Shown here one piece after another: positions 26,653-37,431 of a DNA stretch of 64,000 nucleotides. The position numbers and the translations under genes were made by a program. This stretch comes from a virus. How positions within the stretch are numbered: the first letter of the stretch is position 1; the number at the start of each line of letters is the position of its first letter. The stretch spans positions 1 to 64,000 of IMG/VR virus record IMGVR_UViG_3300022602_004810; one strand, 5' to 3'. The notes under the pieces are model-generated. The model was not told the DNA's origin. It made no database searches and saw only the letters and a program-made list of their open reading frames with translations.

Positions 26653-28908
26653 TTATCCCAATCCTTGTGGGCTCTTGCCACTCATTTGTGAATCTAATTC
26701 TGCTTTCATTTGAGGTAAAGCCTGTAATATTGTATACGCTGACTGTGTAGGATCGGACGAATTCGGATTAGCCTTAACTGTAGCATAAACAACATCGTAG
26801 GTGCCTGTAAACATTACCGCATAAGGTCCCCATCCATGGGATGAAGCTTCGCTACCATTTATTATTCGCCACAGATTATCAGTAGATGAATTAGCTATAG
26901 CTTCTATGGTTACTGTACCACCACTGGTACGTTGGAAATCTCTAGAAACTGTAATTGGATATGCCACATTTGTTGCGCCTGGTTCGGGTGGTGGCGGAGT
27001 AGTCTGTACTGGAGGAATACCGTTATCAGCAAGTAGTTTATTATTCTTACCTTCTGCTAGACTGGCTTTAATTGCTTCTCCACCAGGAGTTGCTGTATTA
27101 GCTAAATTATGCAGTATATCAGAAACGCCGCTACCGCTGGTGTCTGCCCCAAATTTATGCAGACTTTTAGCAAAGCTCATCGAAGTTCCGAGCGTATTTG
27201 GTGGCGGGCTAGTTAAATCAACACCTGCAACATTCGTTATCAGGTTTACCGCTCCTGCAATCGATGTAGATAGCAATGCTATAGCACTTGCTGCATCAGT
27301 TGTAACAGTTTTTAAAAAACTAGTAATACTAGGACCACCTGCTAGATGCTGAGTAAAGTCAGTCATATTAGGTAATCCCAATGGACCACTACCAGAGCCT
27401 GTCATTACATTTAGTGTAGGTTGATTTTTTGTTATTAAACTGTTTAAACTAGGAAAGGCCGCTGTGTGTAATGGTGTCTGAACTGACTGGATTTGATTAA
27501 ATAATGACCCAGCGGCACCTGCATCTTTTAATGTTCCTGCACCTATATCTGTTAGATGTGATGTTAACCCACTAACACCTCCCGTTAATCCAGCAATTGC
27601 AGATGGATCAGCTAGTTTAGTCGGATCACCTAAATCTTTAAGATTTTGAATGCCGCCTGTTAATGAAGGTAAACTTTGTCCAGGCGATAGTGATGCTCCC
27701 ATGGCTGTACTAGGTGTACTAAAACCAGTAGTAGTAAGACTATCTGCCGCAGATGTACTATTGCCTAGAACCAGTGTGCCTGCTTGCGAAGCAAACAAGT
27801 TCTTTTGTGTTTTACCAGCATTGGTTAAATCAGTACTAGCAGCATTTGCAGAATTTAATGCTGATTCAACGTCATTATTTCTAAAATTAACTAACTGTAG
27901 TTTAACAGCATCATCAGGTAACGGTGATATTTCATTTTTAGAAATGTTATTTGCATCTGTAAAACATTGTTGGAAATCTTGATATTCGGGTCCTAATATT
28001 GTAGGTTTAATTGCTGTATATTCTGCAAGACTTGTAGTACTTTGTATGAGAGGAATAGCCGTACCGTGTACCCAATCTACCCAGTTGTTTGCTCTAGTAA
28101 TAATATCCTGTAGTTCAGCTAGAATAGCATCAGCATTACTATCCCCTGTAGATTCAGTAGCGGCTATCTCGGGTGCTACATCAAATTGGTCAGCTACAAC
28201 ACTTAAAGCACTAGGGTCAGTAATGCCGCTCATTACTTGATTAATCTTGTCTGCGTATATAGGATTATCTAGATCATCTATAGGCACACCTGCATCAGCT
28301 AATCTTCTATTAACACCTGTGGCATTGGCTAGTTTATTATCAGTTAACGATTTAACTAATCCAAGACTACTACCAAAATCCTTAACATCGCCACCATTGT
28401 ACATAGTGCCTGTGGCCTGCATAAGTGCGCCAGCCGCTGGCAAACTACCTAAAGCATTTGACATGCCACGATCTGCAGCACTGCCCATGTCAGTAATACC
28501 TGGGCCAAGATCACTATAGTTCATGTTAGCCATAAAGTCAGATGCTTTACGTAGCTCTTGCGAATCTTGTATATGACCATGAAGTTGACTAAAGAAACTA
28601 CCAAAAGCCGCATGATTTGGCGAACTACCAAATCCCATGCTAGTATGAAATGAAGTTAAACTAGACAGTGTAGCTGTTGCAGCCGCACTATTTGCATCAG
28701 CTACGTTTGCTGATATTGTCTGTAACTGTGCTACTACATTGGCCACAGACGGTGCTAAACAAAGTGCTGAACCTTGATTAATTCCAATCATTGCGGTTAA
28801 TGTAGCAGGCGTTAGGGCCGATGCAGCTTGCCCTAACGTAGTTTTTTGATTTTCAGCTATTACAGTGCTAGCTTGCCCTGTAACAAGGCTTATATCGTGT
28901 TCAGACAT
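26653..28908 (-). CDS. Large hypothetical protein, probably virion-associated
   Basis: 751-aa A/S/G/T-rich ORF with no catalytic motif recognised. Confidence 0.5.
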   Translation of the reverse strand: MSEHDISLVTGQASTVIAENQKTTLGQAASALTPATLTAMIGINQGSALCLAPSVANVVAQLQTISANVADANSAAATATLSSLTSFHTSMGFGSSPNHAAFGSFFSQLHGHIQDSQELRKASDFMANMNYSDLGPGITDMGSAADRGMSNALGSLPAAGALMQATGTMYNGGDVKDFGSSLGLVKSLTDNKLANATGVNRRLADAGVPIDDLDNPIYADKINQVMSGITDPSALSVVADQFDVAPEIAATESTGDSNADAILAELQDIITRANNWVDWVHGTAIPLIQSTTSLAEYTAIKPTILGPEYQDFQQCFTDANNISKNEISPLPDDAVKLQLVNFRNNDVESALNSANAASTDLTNAGKTQKNLFASQAGTLVLGNSTSAADSLTTTGFSTPSTAMGASLSPGQSLPSLTGGIQNLKDLGDPTKLADPSAIAGLTGGVSGLTSHLTDIGAGTLKDAGAAGSLFNQIQSVQTPLHTAAFPSLNSLITKNQPTLNVMTGSGSGPLGLPNMTDFTQHLAGGPSITSFLKTVTTDAASAIALLSTSIAGAVNLITNVAGVDLTSPPPNTLGTSMSFAKSLHKFGADTSGSGVSDILHNLANTATPGGEAIKASLAEGKNNKLLADNGIPPVQTTPPPPEPGATNVAYPITVSRDFQRTSGGTVTIEAIANSSTDNLWRIINGSEASSHGWGPYAVMFTGTYDVVYATVKANPNSSDPTQSAYTILQALPQMKAELDSQMSGKSPQGLG

Positions 28909-28917
28909 TGTTTATTC

Positions 28918-29229
28918 CTAGGTAATAATGCCACTAGCTGCCGCAGGTTTAATGCCTGTTGTAGTTTGGATGTAGTGATTTTCTACATCTTTAATTGTTG
29001 GCGAGTGTAACATCACATGACCTTTGTCAACGGTCATACTCTTATTTAAGTCACTTGTGAATAGGCTTTGAATCAAACCAATGCCATTGGCACTTGGAAT
29101 TACAGTGCATGGTCTGCTGACTGTAAAACTAGTTGGTGTATCTTCTACAATTTTAGCGACGATTTCGTCACCGTTTACTAATTTGAAACTTACTATTGTA
29201 TCTTTATCATATGGTTTATTTGTTAACAT
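28918..29229 (-). CDS. Conserved phage protein (possible Sm-like fold)
   Basis: IVSFKLVNGDEIVAKI...YIQTTTGI. Confidence 0.55.
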   Translation of the reverse strand: MLTNKPYDKDTIVSFKLVNGDEIVAKIVEDTPTSFTVSRPCTVIPSANGIGLIQSLFTSDLNKSMTVDKGHVMLHSPTIKDVENHYIQTTTGIKPAAASGIIT

Positions 29230-29479
29230 CAGTCGCTCCTATGCGTTCTTGAATTTGATCAGCGTTTAATCGCGCCAATCCTTGATATCCACCTTCCACT
29301 AACAATTTACCATTGTTGTAGATCTGTGGGGCTGTGCGGTGACCTTCATTGATCAACCATTCACGTGCTTCTGGATTCTCATCGATTTTAATTTCTTCGA
29401 ATTCAAATCCGTTAGTCTTTAGATAATGCTTGGCTTTGTCACAAAACGGACAATTGTTTTTTGAATATACTGTTAACAT
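29216..29479 (-). CDS. Glutaredoxin
   Basis: CPFC active site, TAPQI, GGY; start at MLTVYSK; follows nrdB. Confidence 0.92.
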   Translation of the reverse strand: MLTVYSKNNCPFCDKAKHYLKTNGFEFEEIKIDENPEAREWLINEGHRTAPQIYNNGKLLVEGGYQGLARLNADQIQERIGATDVNK

Positions 29480-29489
29480 CTTTTCTCTC

Positions 29490-30590
29490 TTATAAACTTG
29501 GTAATGCGTCATAGTCAATACTATCGCCCATTACACCAATGACGTAGTTAGTTGACTCTGATTCTTGTAGGGCTGTTTGTTTTTTGCTGGTATCGCTGTG
29601 CTTGTTAAACCAAGGAATAGGTGTAGTCTTTGGCGCTGGGCTTTGATATTTAATGCCTACAGCTTTTAAGGCATCTACGGCTGTATAATCAACAAAATCC
29701 TTTAAAATATTGGCATTTAACCCAATAACTGGACCTTTTTGGAACAGATAATCGGCCCAATCTTTTTCTTCCTTGATAACGCTCAAATACATCTGATATA
29801 CTTCTGCTTCACATTCTACTTTAACAGCAGCAAAACGTGGATCTTCTTTGACCACTTGATTGATCAAGAACGCTGTCCACTCTTTGTGTAGTAACTCGTC
29901 TTGTAGAATCAAGCTGATAATGTTACCGTTACCAATAAAGATCTTGTTTTCAACCATGGCCAAACTGGTAGCAAATGATACCATAAAGCGGAATGCTTCT
30001 AGGCCGTAGCTGGCATGTAGGGCTAACCAAATAGCTTTGATGTGATCACGTTCTGCCACAGTTTCGCCCATTTCTTTGCGACAGTTAATAACATGTAAGG
30101 CATCATAATAATCACCAATATTACTAGCCATACCCACAATTTCTTCAGTATCGTGTATAGTATTAAACACATCTTTAGGCACATTATAGATATTACGAAT
30201 AATATGACTATAGCTCTTACTGTGAATGTTAGTTTCGAAGAAACTCCAGTTACTGATCAGTGCTTCTAGTTCCGGAATACTTACTACAGGGCCAAATACT
30301 TGATTAGGTGCGCGACCTTGTAGGCTGTCTAGAGCTGTTTGACGTAATAAGTTACTGGTAAAGATATGTCGCACTGCTTCACTAGCATCTTTAAAATCGT
30401 TAGCATCTTTAGTTAGACTAACTTCTTCTGGTTGCCAAAAGAATCCTCTGGCTGTGGTTTCAAAGTTAGCAATCTTATTATACTTAACTTCTTCAAAGCG
30501 TTGGATAGTTACAGGACCTGCTGGGTCAAGGAACATCTTACGTTGTAAATAGTTTGTTTTAGTACTTAAATTATATTGTTCTTTACTCAT
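29490..30590 (-). CDS. nrdB: Ribonucleotide reductase class Ia beta subunit
   Basis: FFWQPEEV, DSLQGR, ETNIHSKSY, LEAFRFMVSF, DELLH, C-terminal Tyr. Confidence 0.96.
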   Translation of the reverse strand: MSKEQYNLSTKTNYLQRKMFLDPAGPVTIQRFEEVKYNKIANFETTARGFFWQPEEVSLTKDANDFKDASEAVRHIFTSNLLRQTALDSLQGRAPNQVFGPVVSIPELEALISNWSFFETNIHSKSYSHIIRNIYNVPKDVFNTIHDTEEIVGMASNIGDYYDALHVINCRKEMGETVAERDHIKAIWLALHASYGLEAFRFMVSFATSLAMVENKIFIGNGNIISLILQDELLHKEWTAFLINQVVKEDPRFAAVKVECEAEVYQMYLSVIKEEKDWADYLFQKGPVIGLNANILKDFVDYTAVDALKAVGIKYQSPAPKTTPIPWFNKHSDTSKKQTALQESESTNYVIGVMGDSIDYDALPSL

Positions 30591-32905
30591 AGTTTACAGC
30601 TCTCGCAATCTTCTTCGATATATTCTTCTACTTGCACAGTTTGTGCTGGTGTTTCTTCTGCTACCGCTTTACTACCTTGTTTGTTAATCAAGCTATAATA
30701 AAATGTTTTAATACCCCATAATTGTGCCTGCATTAAATTTTTAGCAATTAGCGTAGTTGGTACTTTACGATCAGCCCAATGTGCTGGATTATAGAATGTA
30801 TTAGTACTAATACTTTGGTCAACGTAAGCTGCAATAACAGCCGCTGTCTTTAAATATGCGTCACAATCTTTTTGTTCCCACATCAATTGATATTTGTTTT
30901 TTAGTTTATTATATTCTGGAACAACTTGAATAAACGATCCTGCTTTTGATTCTTTAACACTGATTAGGCTCATTGGCATTTCAATACCGTTAGTTGAGTT
31001 AATAACAACACTTGAGCTTTCAACTGGTGCTACTGCCATTAGGGTAGCGTTACGTACACCATATTGCTTCATATCAGTACGTAGAGTTTCCCAATCTAAC
31101 TCTGGTGTAAAGTCTGCTAGTTCATTAGCACCCTTGGCACGTAATTCCCAAGGAAACACACCTTGTCCATAACGTGTTTTTGCTGAATCTTTACAAGCAC
31201 CGCGTTCTCGAGCTAACTCAACTGTGGCTTCTGTTAGGTAAAATGCCTGATGCTCCATCCATGATTTAACTTCTTGTAGGGCATCCTTTTCACCATACTT
31301 AAAACTACGTTTTGCGTGCCAATAAGCAAGGTTAGTAATACCAATGCCCAAAGGTTGTATTTCATCGTTAGACAATTTACTTTGAATACTTAAGAAATCC
31401 TGGTAGTCAAGTATATTACACAAACTGCGCTGAAGAATGCGACAAGCTCTGCGCATATCTTCGGGGTTTCTGAACGCTCCCCAATTGATAGACCCAAGCG
31501 TACACAAAGCGATACGACCATTATCATCATCCAAACGCTTGAATGGCTTAGTAGGTAATAGAATTTCACAGCATAAATTTGACTGATAAATTGTGTGGTA
31601 TTCTGGATCAAATGGTCCTTGGTTCATTACGTTGTCAATAAACACAAGATAGATACGTCCAGTATCAGTTCTCTCCTTGAGTATGCCACCTTTGAATACT
31701 TCTTCTGCACTCATTACTTTTTTACGTAGATCTCGACGACGTTCATACTTAACATAAAGCTCTTCGAATAGTTCTGCATTGCTATAGAATGCTTCATATA
31801 ATTCTGGTACTTCGTTAGGATCAAAGAATGTAATGTTTTCTTTGTTCTTAAATCTACGCCAGAAGAAGCTAGATAACACTACGCCATAGTCCATATGACG
31901 AACACGGGTTTCTTCTGTTCCTTGATTGTTTTTCAACACAATTAAATCATCAAACTGATGATGCCAGATAGGGTAAAACACAGTAGCTGATGCATTACGT
32001 ATGCCGCCTTGACTGCATGAACGTAAATCACCAAACCACTTCTTAAGGAAAGGAATCATACCCGTGTGCATGATCTCTCCGCCTCGTATAGGACTCCCTA
32101 AGGGGCGCAAACGACCTATTTCTAAACCAATACCAGCACGCTTACTTGCGTACTTGGCCATCATTTCTCCAGAAGCGAAGATGCTATCCAAGTCGTCATC
32201 ACTGCGAATAAGCACGCAGCTACTGAATTGTTTAGTCGGAGTGCCAAGTCCAGCAAGTACAGGAGTAGCAAGAGTAAAAAGACCATCGCTAGCCGCATTA
32301 TAATATTCCTTGATAAATTTTAAACGTTGACTAGGGTTTTCACTGTGGAAAACTGTAGCGGCAGCTACTATATAACGTATTTGTGGTGTTTCGTAAATTT
32401 CTTTGGTGGCACGGTTACGTACTAGATATTTTTCAATTAGTTGTTCAATAGCTGCGTATGAATATTGCTCATCTTTTTCATGCTCGAGCATATCATTCAT
32501 TTTGTTCCATTCTTCTTCTGTATACCAAGTAAGCAACTCTGGTGTATACAAGCCAACGTCAACATTTTTCTTAACAATATCTAATAGATGTGGCACTTGA
32601 TAGTCACCGTATACATCCTTACGTAGCATTGATAGGCGTTGTTTGCCTGCTACATACTGATAATTAGTATGGCCAACATCAGGATCGTGTTCTATATCAA
32701 TTAGGTCTACGGTAGCACGTAGGGTTAATTCATCAATTTCTCTAGTACTGATCCCATCGTAGAAGTGTGGCTGTGCTTTGATCTCGATCATCGATTGACT
32801 TACGTCTGCAATTCCTGCACATACTTTACTTACTTGGGCTTGCCATTTACTTACGTCTAACGGGACGATGGCTCCGCTGCGTTTTTTGACTTGAATGTTG
32901 CTCAC
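30587..32905 (-). CDS. nrdA: Ribonucleotide reductase class Ia alpha subunit
   Basis: N-terminal ATP cone, QFSSCVL, SNLCCEI, TFYY, C-terminal CESCKL. Confidence 0.97.
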   Translation of the reverse strand: MSNIQVKKRSGAIVPLDVSKWQAQVSKVCAGIADVSQSMIEIKAQPHFYDGISTREIDELTLRATVDLIDIEHDPDVGHTNYQYVAGKQRLSMLRKDVYGDYQVPHLLDIVKKNVDVGLYTPELLTWYTEEEWNKMNDMLEHEKDEQYSYAAIEQLIEKYLVRNRATKEIYETPQIRYIVAAATVFHSENPSQRLKFIKEYYNAASDGLFTLATPVLAGLGTPTKQFSSCVLIRSDDDLDSIFASGEMMAKYASKRAGIGLEIGRLRPLGSPIRGGEIMHTGMIPFLKKWFGDLRSCSQGGIRNASATVFYPIWHHQFDDLIVLKNNQGTEETRVRHMDYGVVLSSFFWRRFKNKENITFFDPNEVPELYEAFYSNAELFEELYVKYERRRDLRKKVMSAEEVFKGGILKERTDTGRIYLVFIDNVMNQGPFDPEYHTIYQSNLCCEILLPTKPFKRLDDDNGRIALCTLGSINWGAFRNPEDMRRACRILQRSLCNILDYQDFLSIQSKLSNDEIQPLGIGITNLAYWHAKRSFKYGEKDALQEVKSWMEHQAFYLTEATVELARERGACKDSAKTRYGQGVFPWELRAKGANELADFTPELDWETLRTDMKQYGVRNATLMAVAPVESSSVVINSTNGIEMPMSLISVKESKAGSFIQVVPEYNKLKNKYQLMWEQKDCDAYLKTAAVIAAYVDQSISTNTFYNPAHWADRKVPTTLIAKNLMQAQLWGIKTFYYSLINKQGSKAVAEETPAQTVQVEEYIEEDCESCKL

Positions 32906-32919
32906 TTGATTGCCTCTTT

Positions 32920-33381
32920 TTAATACTTGTCTAATTGTAAATCTTTACTTGAATATTGATACAACAAATCTAACTTTGACTCTTCAATCTGTTTTGTATT
33001 TACTATCTCAAACGGATAGTAATTAAGAATATATTTCCCACCATCGATCCATGCTAAATTGTATCTATTCTTTTCTTTGTAATCATAATAGGTGCGGAAC
33101 TCTACATCAACTGATTTATGACCAGTAAAATATATAGTATATATGATTCCTAATGCTTTAGCAATGTCGCAATAGTAGTTTTCGGCTAATAAAGTCCAAG
33201 GATCCGGCCAGATAGAAGGATTACTAGGATCTAAGTAGTAAGTAACAAATGGAGCTGTACTCCACATTTGGTTTAATTCAAGAATAGCTGTGGGTAGTGG
33301 TAGATCGCTTAAATGGTGGCGAATGTCTTTCCACTGCGCCAGTCTATCATTAACTCGCAGATTCCAAAAATTTGTCCACAT
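32920..33381 (-). CDS. Conserved hypothetical protein
   Basis: WPDPWTLL...KYILNY motifs. Confidence 0.6.
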   Translation of the reverse strand: MWTNFWNLRVNDRLAQWKDIRHHLSDLPLPTAILELNQMWSTAPFVTYYLDPSNPSIWPDPWTLLAENYYCDIAKALGIIYTIYFTGHKSVDVEFRTYYDYKEKNRYNLAWIDGGKYILNYYPFEIVNTKQIEESKLDLLYQYSSKDLQLDKY

Positions 33382-33383
33382 AA

Positions 33384-33974
33384 TTAAAGGGCTGTATAAC
33401 TGTAAGTAAAATTACCAGTAAACCCAGTGCTGGTTGTTGTATATCCTAATACAGCAACATTAGTCACTGTATTTCCTGTGAAGTATAAAGAAACACCAGT
33501 AGCTGATGTTTCAGAATAATTATCTTCGTATTGAATGGTAGTACCTAAATAATTTGAAACTTTAATTACACCGGTACGTACAGCGGTATTTCTTGATATA
33601 TTATAGTTAATAATTTGGCCAGTTAATGAAGCTATAGAAACATTGCCAATATTAGCAATACTAGATTGGTTATCTAATAGCGATACAGTAGCTGGTTCTA
33701 AGTTACCAACAATAGAAGCTATATTAGATACAAATGAATTTAAGTTAGCAATGTTGGCACTTAGAGCTGCAATACTAACACCAATAGCACCTGCACTATA
33801 TTCAGTTAAAATTTCAGTAACACCAGTAATTGGGGCTCCTTCTTGTAGAGTGCCTTTACCAATGAATAAACGTTGACTATCAACACACCAACCAAATTCA
33901 CCTGTGTCTAGAGCTGGTAGGTCTTCGGTAAGACCACTGCGTACTTGTATTTTGCTAACGGTTATAACTGCCAT
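33384..33974 (-). CDS. Virion structural protein (fibre/baseplate-type N-terminal module)
   Basis: SKIQVRSG...LP.L..GEFGW..D..RLFIG; TATAAATA upstream. Confidence 0.65.
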   Translation of the reverse strand: MAVITVSKIQVRSGLTEDLPALDTGEFGWCVDSQRLFIGKGTLQEGAPITGVTEILTEYSAGAIGVSIAALSANIANLNSFVSNIASIVGNLEPATVSLLDNQSSIANIGNVSIASLTGQIINYNISRNTAVRTGVIKVSNYLGTTIQYEDNYSETSATGVSLYFTGNTVTNVAVLGYTTTSTGFTGNFTYSYTAL

Positions 33975-33998
33975 AACTTTACCTTAGATATATTCTTA

Positions 33999-34006
33999 TA
34001 TTTATA
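33999..34006 (-). promoter_or_regulatory. T4-type late promoter TATAAATA
   Basis: Exact T4 late consensus overlapping the upstream stop codon. Confidence 0.65.
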
Positions 34007-34700
34007 CTAATTTATAATACTGTTCAACTCTTTCTAACCACTTATTAGTCCAATGTTCCCAATCTGCACCTTCTACAGTCCATGTTTGATATTGTACATC
34101 CTCGTTGGGTTTAGGGGCCACTGCCATTAGGATAACACCTTGTTGTATATCAGTTCCGTAGGTTTCATTGTGTGCTAGACCGTATGCCGCTAACTGGAGA
34201 AAATAGTCTTCAATCCATTCGGTTTTCTTAGGTTTATTGGTCTGTTTGTAGTCTAAAATGGCAGGTTTTGACTTGTAAACTCCGCAGGCGTCAGTAGTAC
34301 CAGCGTAGAGACCGCTAACGTATAAAGGAACCTCAATACCCCAAATTTCGTCAACATGTACCAGACCTTCGTTAATAACAGCTTTGGCCATGCGATGTGC
34401 CTGTTGACTGTAGGGATTGGTTCCTGGATCATTTAATATTCGATTGTTCTGTACATAATCCTCTAAAAACTTGTGCATACGTGTGCCACGACCGGCGGCT
34501 TCGGTGGTAATTTCCTGTGCTTTCTTTTCGCCAACTGACTTACGCCAATTGTTAAGTGCTTCACGTTTTTCTTGGGGTTTAGTACGGTCTAGAATAGTAG
34601 TAACGCTTGGAACCTTACTACCGTCTGGTAAGCAATAGTGACGTTTGCCATCTACTGTTTCTCTGTTTATGGGGGTGTAGTCGTATCGTTTAATTAGCAT
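34002..34700 (-). CDS. PD-(D/E)XK exonuclease
   Basis: PSVTTIL, RGTRMH, YAGTTD, ILDYK, YFLQLAAY. Confidence 0.88.
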   Translation of the reverse strand: MLIKRYDYTPINRETVDGKRHYCLPDGSKVPSVTTILDRTKPQEKREALNNWRKSVGEKKAQEITTEAAGRGTRMHKFLEDYVQNNRILNDPGTNPYSQQAHRMAKAVINEGLVHVDEIWGIEVPLYVSGLYAGTTDACGVYKSKPAILDYKQTNKPKKTEWIEDYFLQLAAYGLAHNETYGTDIQQGVILMAVAPKPNEDVQYQTWTVEGADWEHWTNKWLERVEQYYKLV

Positions 34701-34706
34701 ATTATT

Positions 34707-34735
34707 AGTATATATGCTAGTTAAACATTAGTCAA
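34707..34735 (-). promoter_or_regulatory. Sigma70 promoter
   Basis: TTGACT-17-TATACT; ATG 6 nt downstream. Confidence 0.7.
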
Positions 34736-34738
34736 CTT

Positions 34739-35065
34739 TTATACAGCAAATGATGATCCGCAACCGCATGTACTTTGAGCATTTGGATTTTTAATACTAA
34801 AGTTACTACCAGCCAGGGTTTCAACATAGTCAATCTCAGCGCCTTGTAGATATTGACTGCTCATGCTATCCACTAACACAGCGATATCTTCAATTTGAAT
34901 TTCAAAATCTTCTTCGTTTTTTTGATCATCAATAGTAAAGCCATAGCTGAATCCACTACAGCCACCACCTTGTACAAATACTCGTAAGCGACTTGTACTA
35001 GGTTCGTCACTCATAATTTCTTTAATTTTCTTAACTGCGTTTGGTTGTATATTAATTAGTTCCAT
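34739..35065 (-). CDS. erpA: A-type Fe-S carrier (ErpA/IscA family)
   Basis: [40 protein letters not shown]. Confidence 0.85.
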   Translation of the reverse strand: MELINIQPNAVKKIKEIMSDEPSTSRLRVFVQGGGCSGFSYGFTIDDQKNEEDFEIQIEDIAVLVDSMSSQYLQGAEIDYVETLAGSNFSIKNPNAQSTCGCGSSFAV

Positions 35066-35438
35066 TTTGTTTTTTCCTATAATCTTCTATTGCTGATTTA
35101 ATTGCATCTTCTGCTAATACACTACAGTGTATCTTTACCGGCGGTAACGCAAGTTCTTCAGCAATCTCACTATTCTTAATCGCTTGAGCTTGGTCAAGCG
35201 TGCGGCCCTTAAGCCATTCAGTGACGAGGCTCGAACTAGCAATCGCACTTCCGCATCCGTAAGTTTTAAACTTTGCATCAGTGATAATGCCATCATCTAC
35301 CTCTATTTGTAATTTCATAACATCACCACAAGCTGGCGCACCTACCATACCAGTGCCCACTTTGGGTGAATTTTTGTCTAAGCTACCTACATTTCTAGGA
35401 TTTTCGTAATGTTCTAATACCTGCGCTGAATAGGCCAT
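35052..35438 (-). CDS. iscU: Fe-S cluster scaffold IscU
   Basis: [36 protein letters not shown]. Confidence 0.96.
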   Translation of the reverse strand: MAYSAQVLEHYENPRNVGSLDKNSPKVGTGMVGAPACGDVMKLQIEVDDGIITDAKFKTYGCGSAIASSSLVTEWLKGRTLDQAQAIKNSEIAEELALPPVKIHCSVLAEDAIKSAIEDYRKKQNGTN

Positions 35439-35463
35439 ACTAAATCTCCAATAGTTGACTAAT

Positions 35464-35492
35464 ATACTACACTATTTATTATTCGTTGTCAA
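35464..35492 (-). promoter_or_regulatory. Sigma70-like promoter with embedded TAAATA, upstream of iscU
   Basis: TTGACA-17-TAGTAT; TAAATA at 35473-35478. Confidence 0.55.
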
Positions 35493-36323
35493 CCAGTGTG
35501 CAGGAAATCGTACTTGATCTAACTCTTCTTCTTTAATTTCTTTAATTTCAAATACAGGTTTGGACATTTCTTTATATTCACCTATTGCAGAATGCCATGT
35601 TAAATCTTGTGGGCAGAACTCACACTGTAGAATGTTTTCATCTTTGGTTGCAACAAAATCTTGCAGGTCCTCTTCAGAACAATCTGCTGTTAAAGGTCTG
35701 TAACTATATAGTAATTCACGTTGTCTATCATCCAATCTAAGGTCAAATTGTTTATCAAATTCAGGAAGGCCGCTCATGGCAGGGCATTTATACAATTTAC
35801 CATTATACATAGTATGATCATGTTTCATATCACAGGCATTAAATGCGTTTATAGCATTACTATTGTGCAGGATCCAATGATCATCTTGTTTAATCACGGT
35901 ACTTTGATGGAAAGTAAATGCTTCTATCGGTCCTGCTAGGGATTTCCATTGTTCTTTTAAAGCATCTGCTGTTTCTGGATTATGCAGACTTAGCCCAAAT
36001 CCAACAGCATATTCATCCCATAATTTTTTATATTGAGGTTTGAAGTACGTACCGTTTGTTTGTATCATAATCACAGCATTAGGCCATAGTCTGCGCAGAT
36101 TAGCACACCATTTTTCTAAGTCAGGATTAAGGGTAGGTTCACCACCTATAATAGTAATACGTGGTAAATCTAATCGTTTACTCCATGCTTCGTATTCAGC
36201 TGCATGATCATCCCAATATTGATGGCCCTTAAAGTGCAAATCATTGAAACGATTGCATCCACGACAGGCGAGATTACATACATTGGTTATATAGAATTCT
36301 ACTACAGGAAATATCTTGATCAT
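35472..36323 (-). CDS. Radical SAM protein
   Basis: CNLACRGC, GGEP, TNG, C-terminal Cys cluster (KCP...CEFC). Confidence 0.9.
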   Translation of the reverse strand: MIKIFPVVEFYITNVCNLACRGCNRFNDLHFKGHQYWDDHAAEYEAWSKRLDLPRITIIGGEPTLNPDLEKWCANLRRLWPNAVIMIQTNGTYFKPQYKKLWDEYAVGFGLSLHNPETADALKEQWKSLAGPIEAFTFHQSTVIKQDDHWILHNSNAINAFNACDMKHDHTMYNGKLYKCPAMSGLPEFDKQFDLRLDDRQRELLYSYRPLTADCSEEDLQDFVATKDENILQCEFCPQDLTWHSAIGEYKEMSKPVFEIKEIKEEELDQVRFPAHWLTTNNK

Positions 36324-36336
36324 CTAGTATTTAATA

Positions 36337-36726
36337 CTAGAATATACTCGAGTCGCGTTTTTTACCAGCACGCTTAGCCATATCACTTACAGTGTCTACT
36401 GGTGCTTGGGTAGGATCACCTTCATTAGGTGGAATTGTTGTAGTTGCTTCGTCGTCTTCTTGGTCTGCGTCAGGACGAAGCTCTACATAGTCTTTATTAT
36501 AACTCTTAATTAGATTTTTTACCGCTGGATTGTCTTCGCTAGCAGCTACTAGCGCATCATAGTTAAAAGTCTTATCAGTGTTTAGAACCATGTTAATAAG
36601 ACTTTGTGTACTAATCTTTGCTAGTTTGCTTTGATCTTTATAACGATTACGAATTAACTCCAGAGCTGTTGTTAAGTTAGCTTCTGGAGTGTTTACTGGA
36701 CTATGTAATAATTCGTTAATTTTCAC
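36337..36726 (-). CDS. Putative head-associated protein
   Basis: MKINELL N-terminus; VSDMAKRA C-terminus. Confidence 0.55.
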   Translation of the reverse strand: MKINELLHSPVNTPEANLTTALELIRNRYKDQSKLAKISTQSLINMVLNTDKTFNYDALVAASEDNPAVKNLIKSYNKDYVELRPDADQEDDEATTTIPPNEGDPTQAPVDTVSDMAKRAGKKRDSSIF

Positions 36727-36728
36727 GA

Positions 36729-37415
36729 TTAGCGACGTTCACGACCAAGTTCTTCTGCGCCGCCTACAGCAGCATCAGTTGCAGCAAAGCCGTCTGACTC
36801 AGGTTCTTCTTGATCGAAGTCGCTTGGTGGAGGCAATTCTCCGCCCATTTCTCCGCCCATATCTGGTTCGCCACCTAAATCCATTGGCTGCGGAGCTTGA
36901 CCTGTTAAAATACCTACGCCACTATCAACACCTTCGCGTGCAGCTTGTAGATTTTGCATTAATTGATCTAGCGTACTACCGACCGCTTGTTTAAAGCTAT
37001 CAGCTTGCTCATTGCCAATTTGGTCACGGATGCTGTCAAGCAATTGTGGAAGTTGTTCATTTTGCATTTTACCAACTTTCTCAATTGTATCTTGAATACT
37101 GTCAACCATATCTTTAGCAGCTAGTAATACTTCAGCATTACCAACTTCACCTTCGTTTAATTGGCGGCGACTTTGTTCTAACCATGCTGAAAGTCCCTCA
37201 CGAACAGTTAGTAATTCCATATAACGTGGATTACGTTCTGCTGTGTGTAGGTTTGAGCTATGACGAATCTTGTTTAAGTTAGCTTCAATCGTTTCACTTA
37301 AACGTTCTGCTTTTTCAACAGTCAATTTATCAAAATTAATAGAAAAACCAAAACGGCTTTCCATTAGTTTGTTAATCTTTTTAGGCGATTTAGATGCCAT
37401 TTCTGATAGTTTCAT
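36729..37415 (-). CDS. Putative head/scaffold-type protein
   Basis: MKLSEM start, LNE site, helical core, acidic tail ending LGRERR; TAAATA upstream. Confidence 0.55.
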   Translation of the reverse strand: MKLSEMASKSPKKINKLMESRFGFSINFDKLTVEKAERLSETIEANLNKIRHSSNLHTAERNPRYMELLTVREGLSAWLEQSRRQLNEGEVGNAEVLLAAKDMVDSIQDTIEKVGKMQNEQLPQLLDSIRDQIGNEQADSFKQAVGSTLDQLMQNLQAAREGVDSGVGILTGQAPQPMDLGGEPDMGGEMGGELPPPSDFDQEEPESDGFAATDAAVGGAEELGRERR

Positions 37416-37431
37416 GGGTAATAGGTCCTAA

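Noticed and set aside
29490-32905. Introns or inteins in nrdA/nrdB
   Set aside because: Both ORFs are continuous and of normal length.
34002-34700. Cas4 / CRISPR association
   Set aside because: No Fe-S cysteine set and no array; an ordinary phage PD-(D/E)XK exonuclease.
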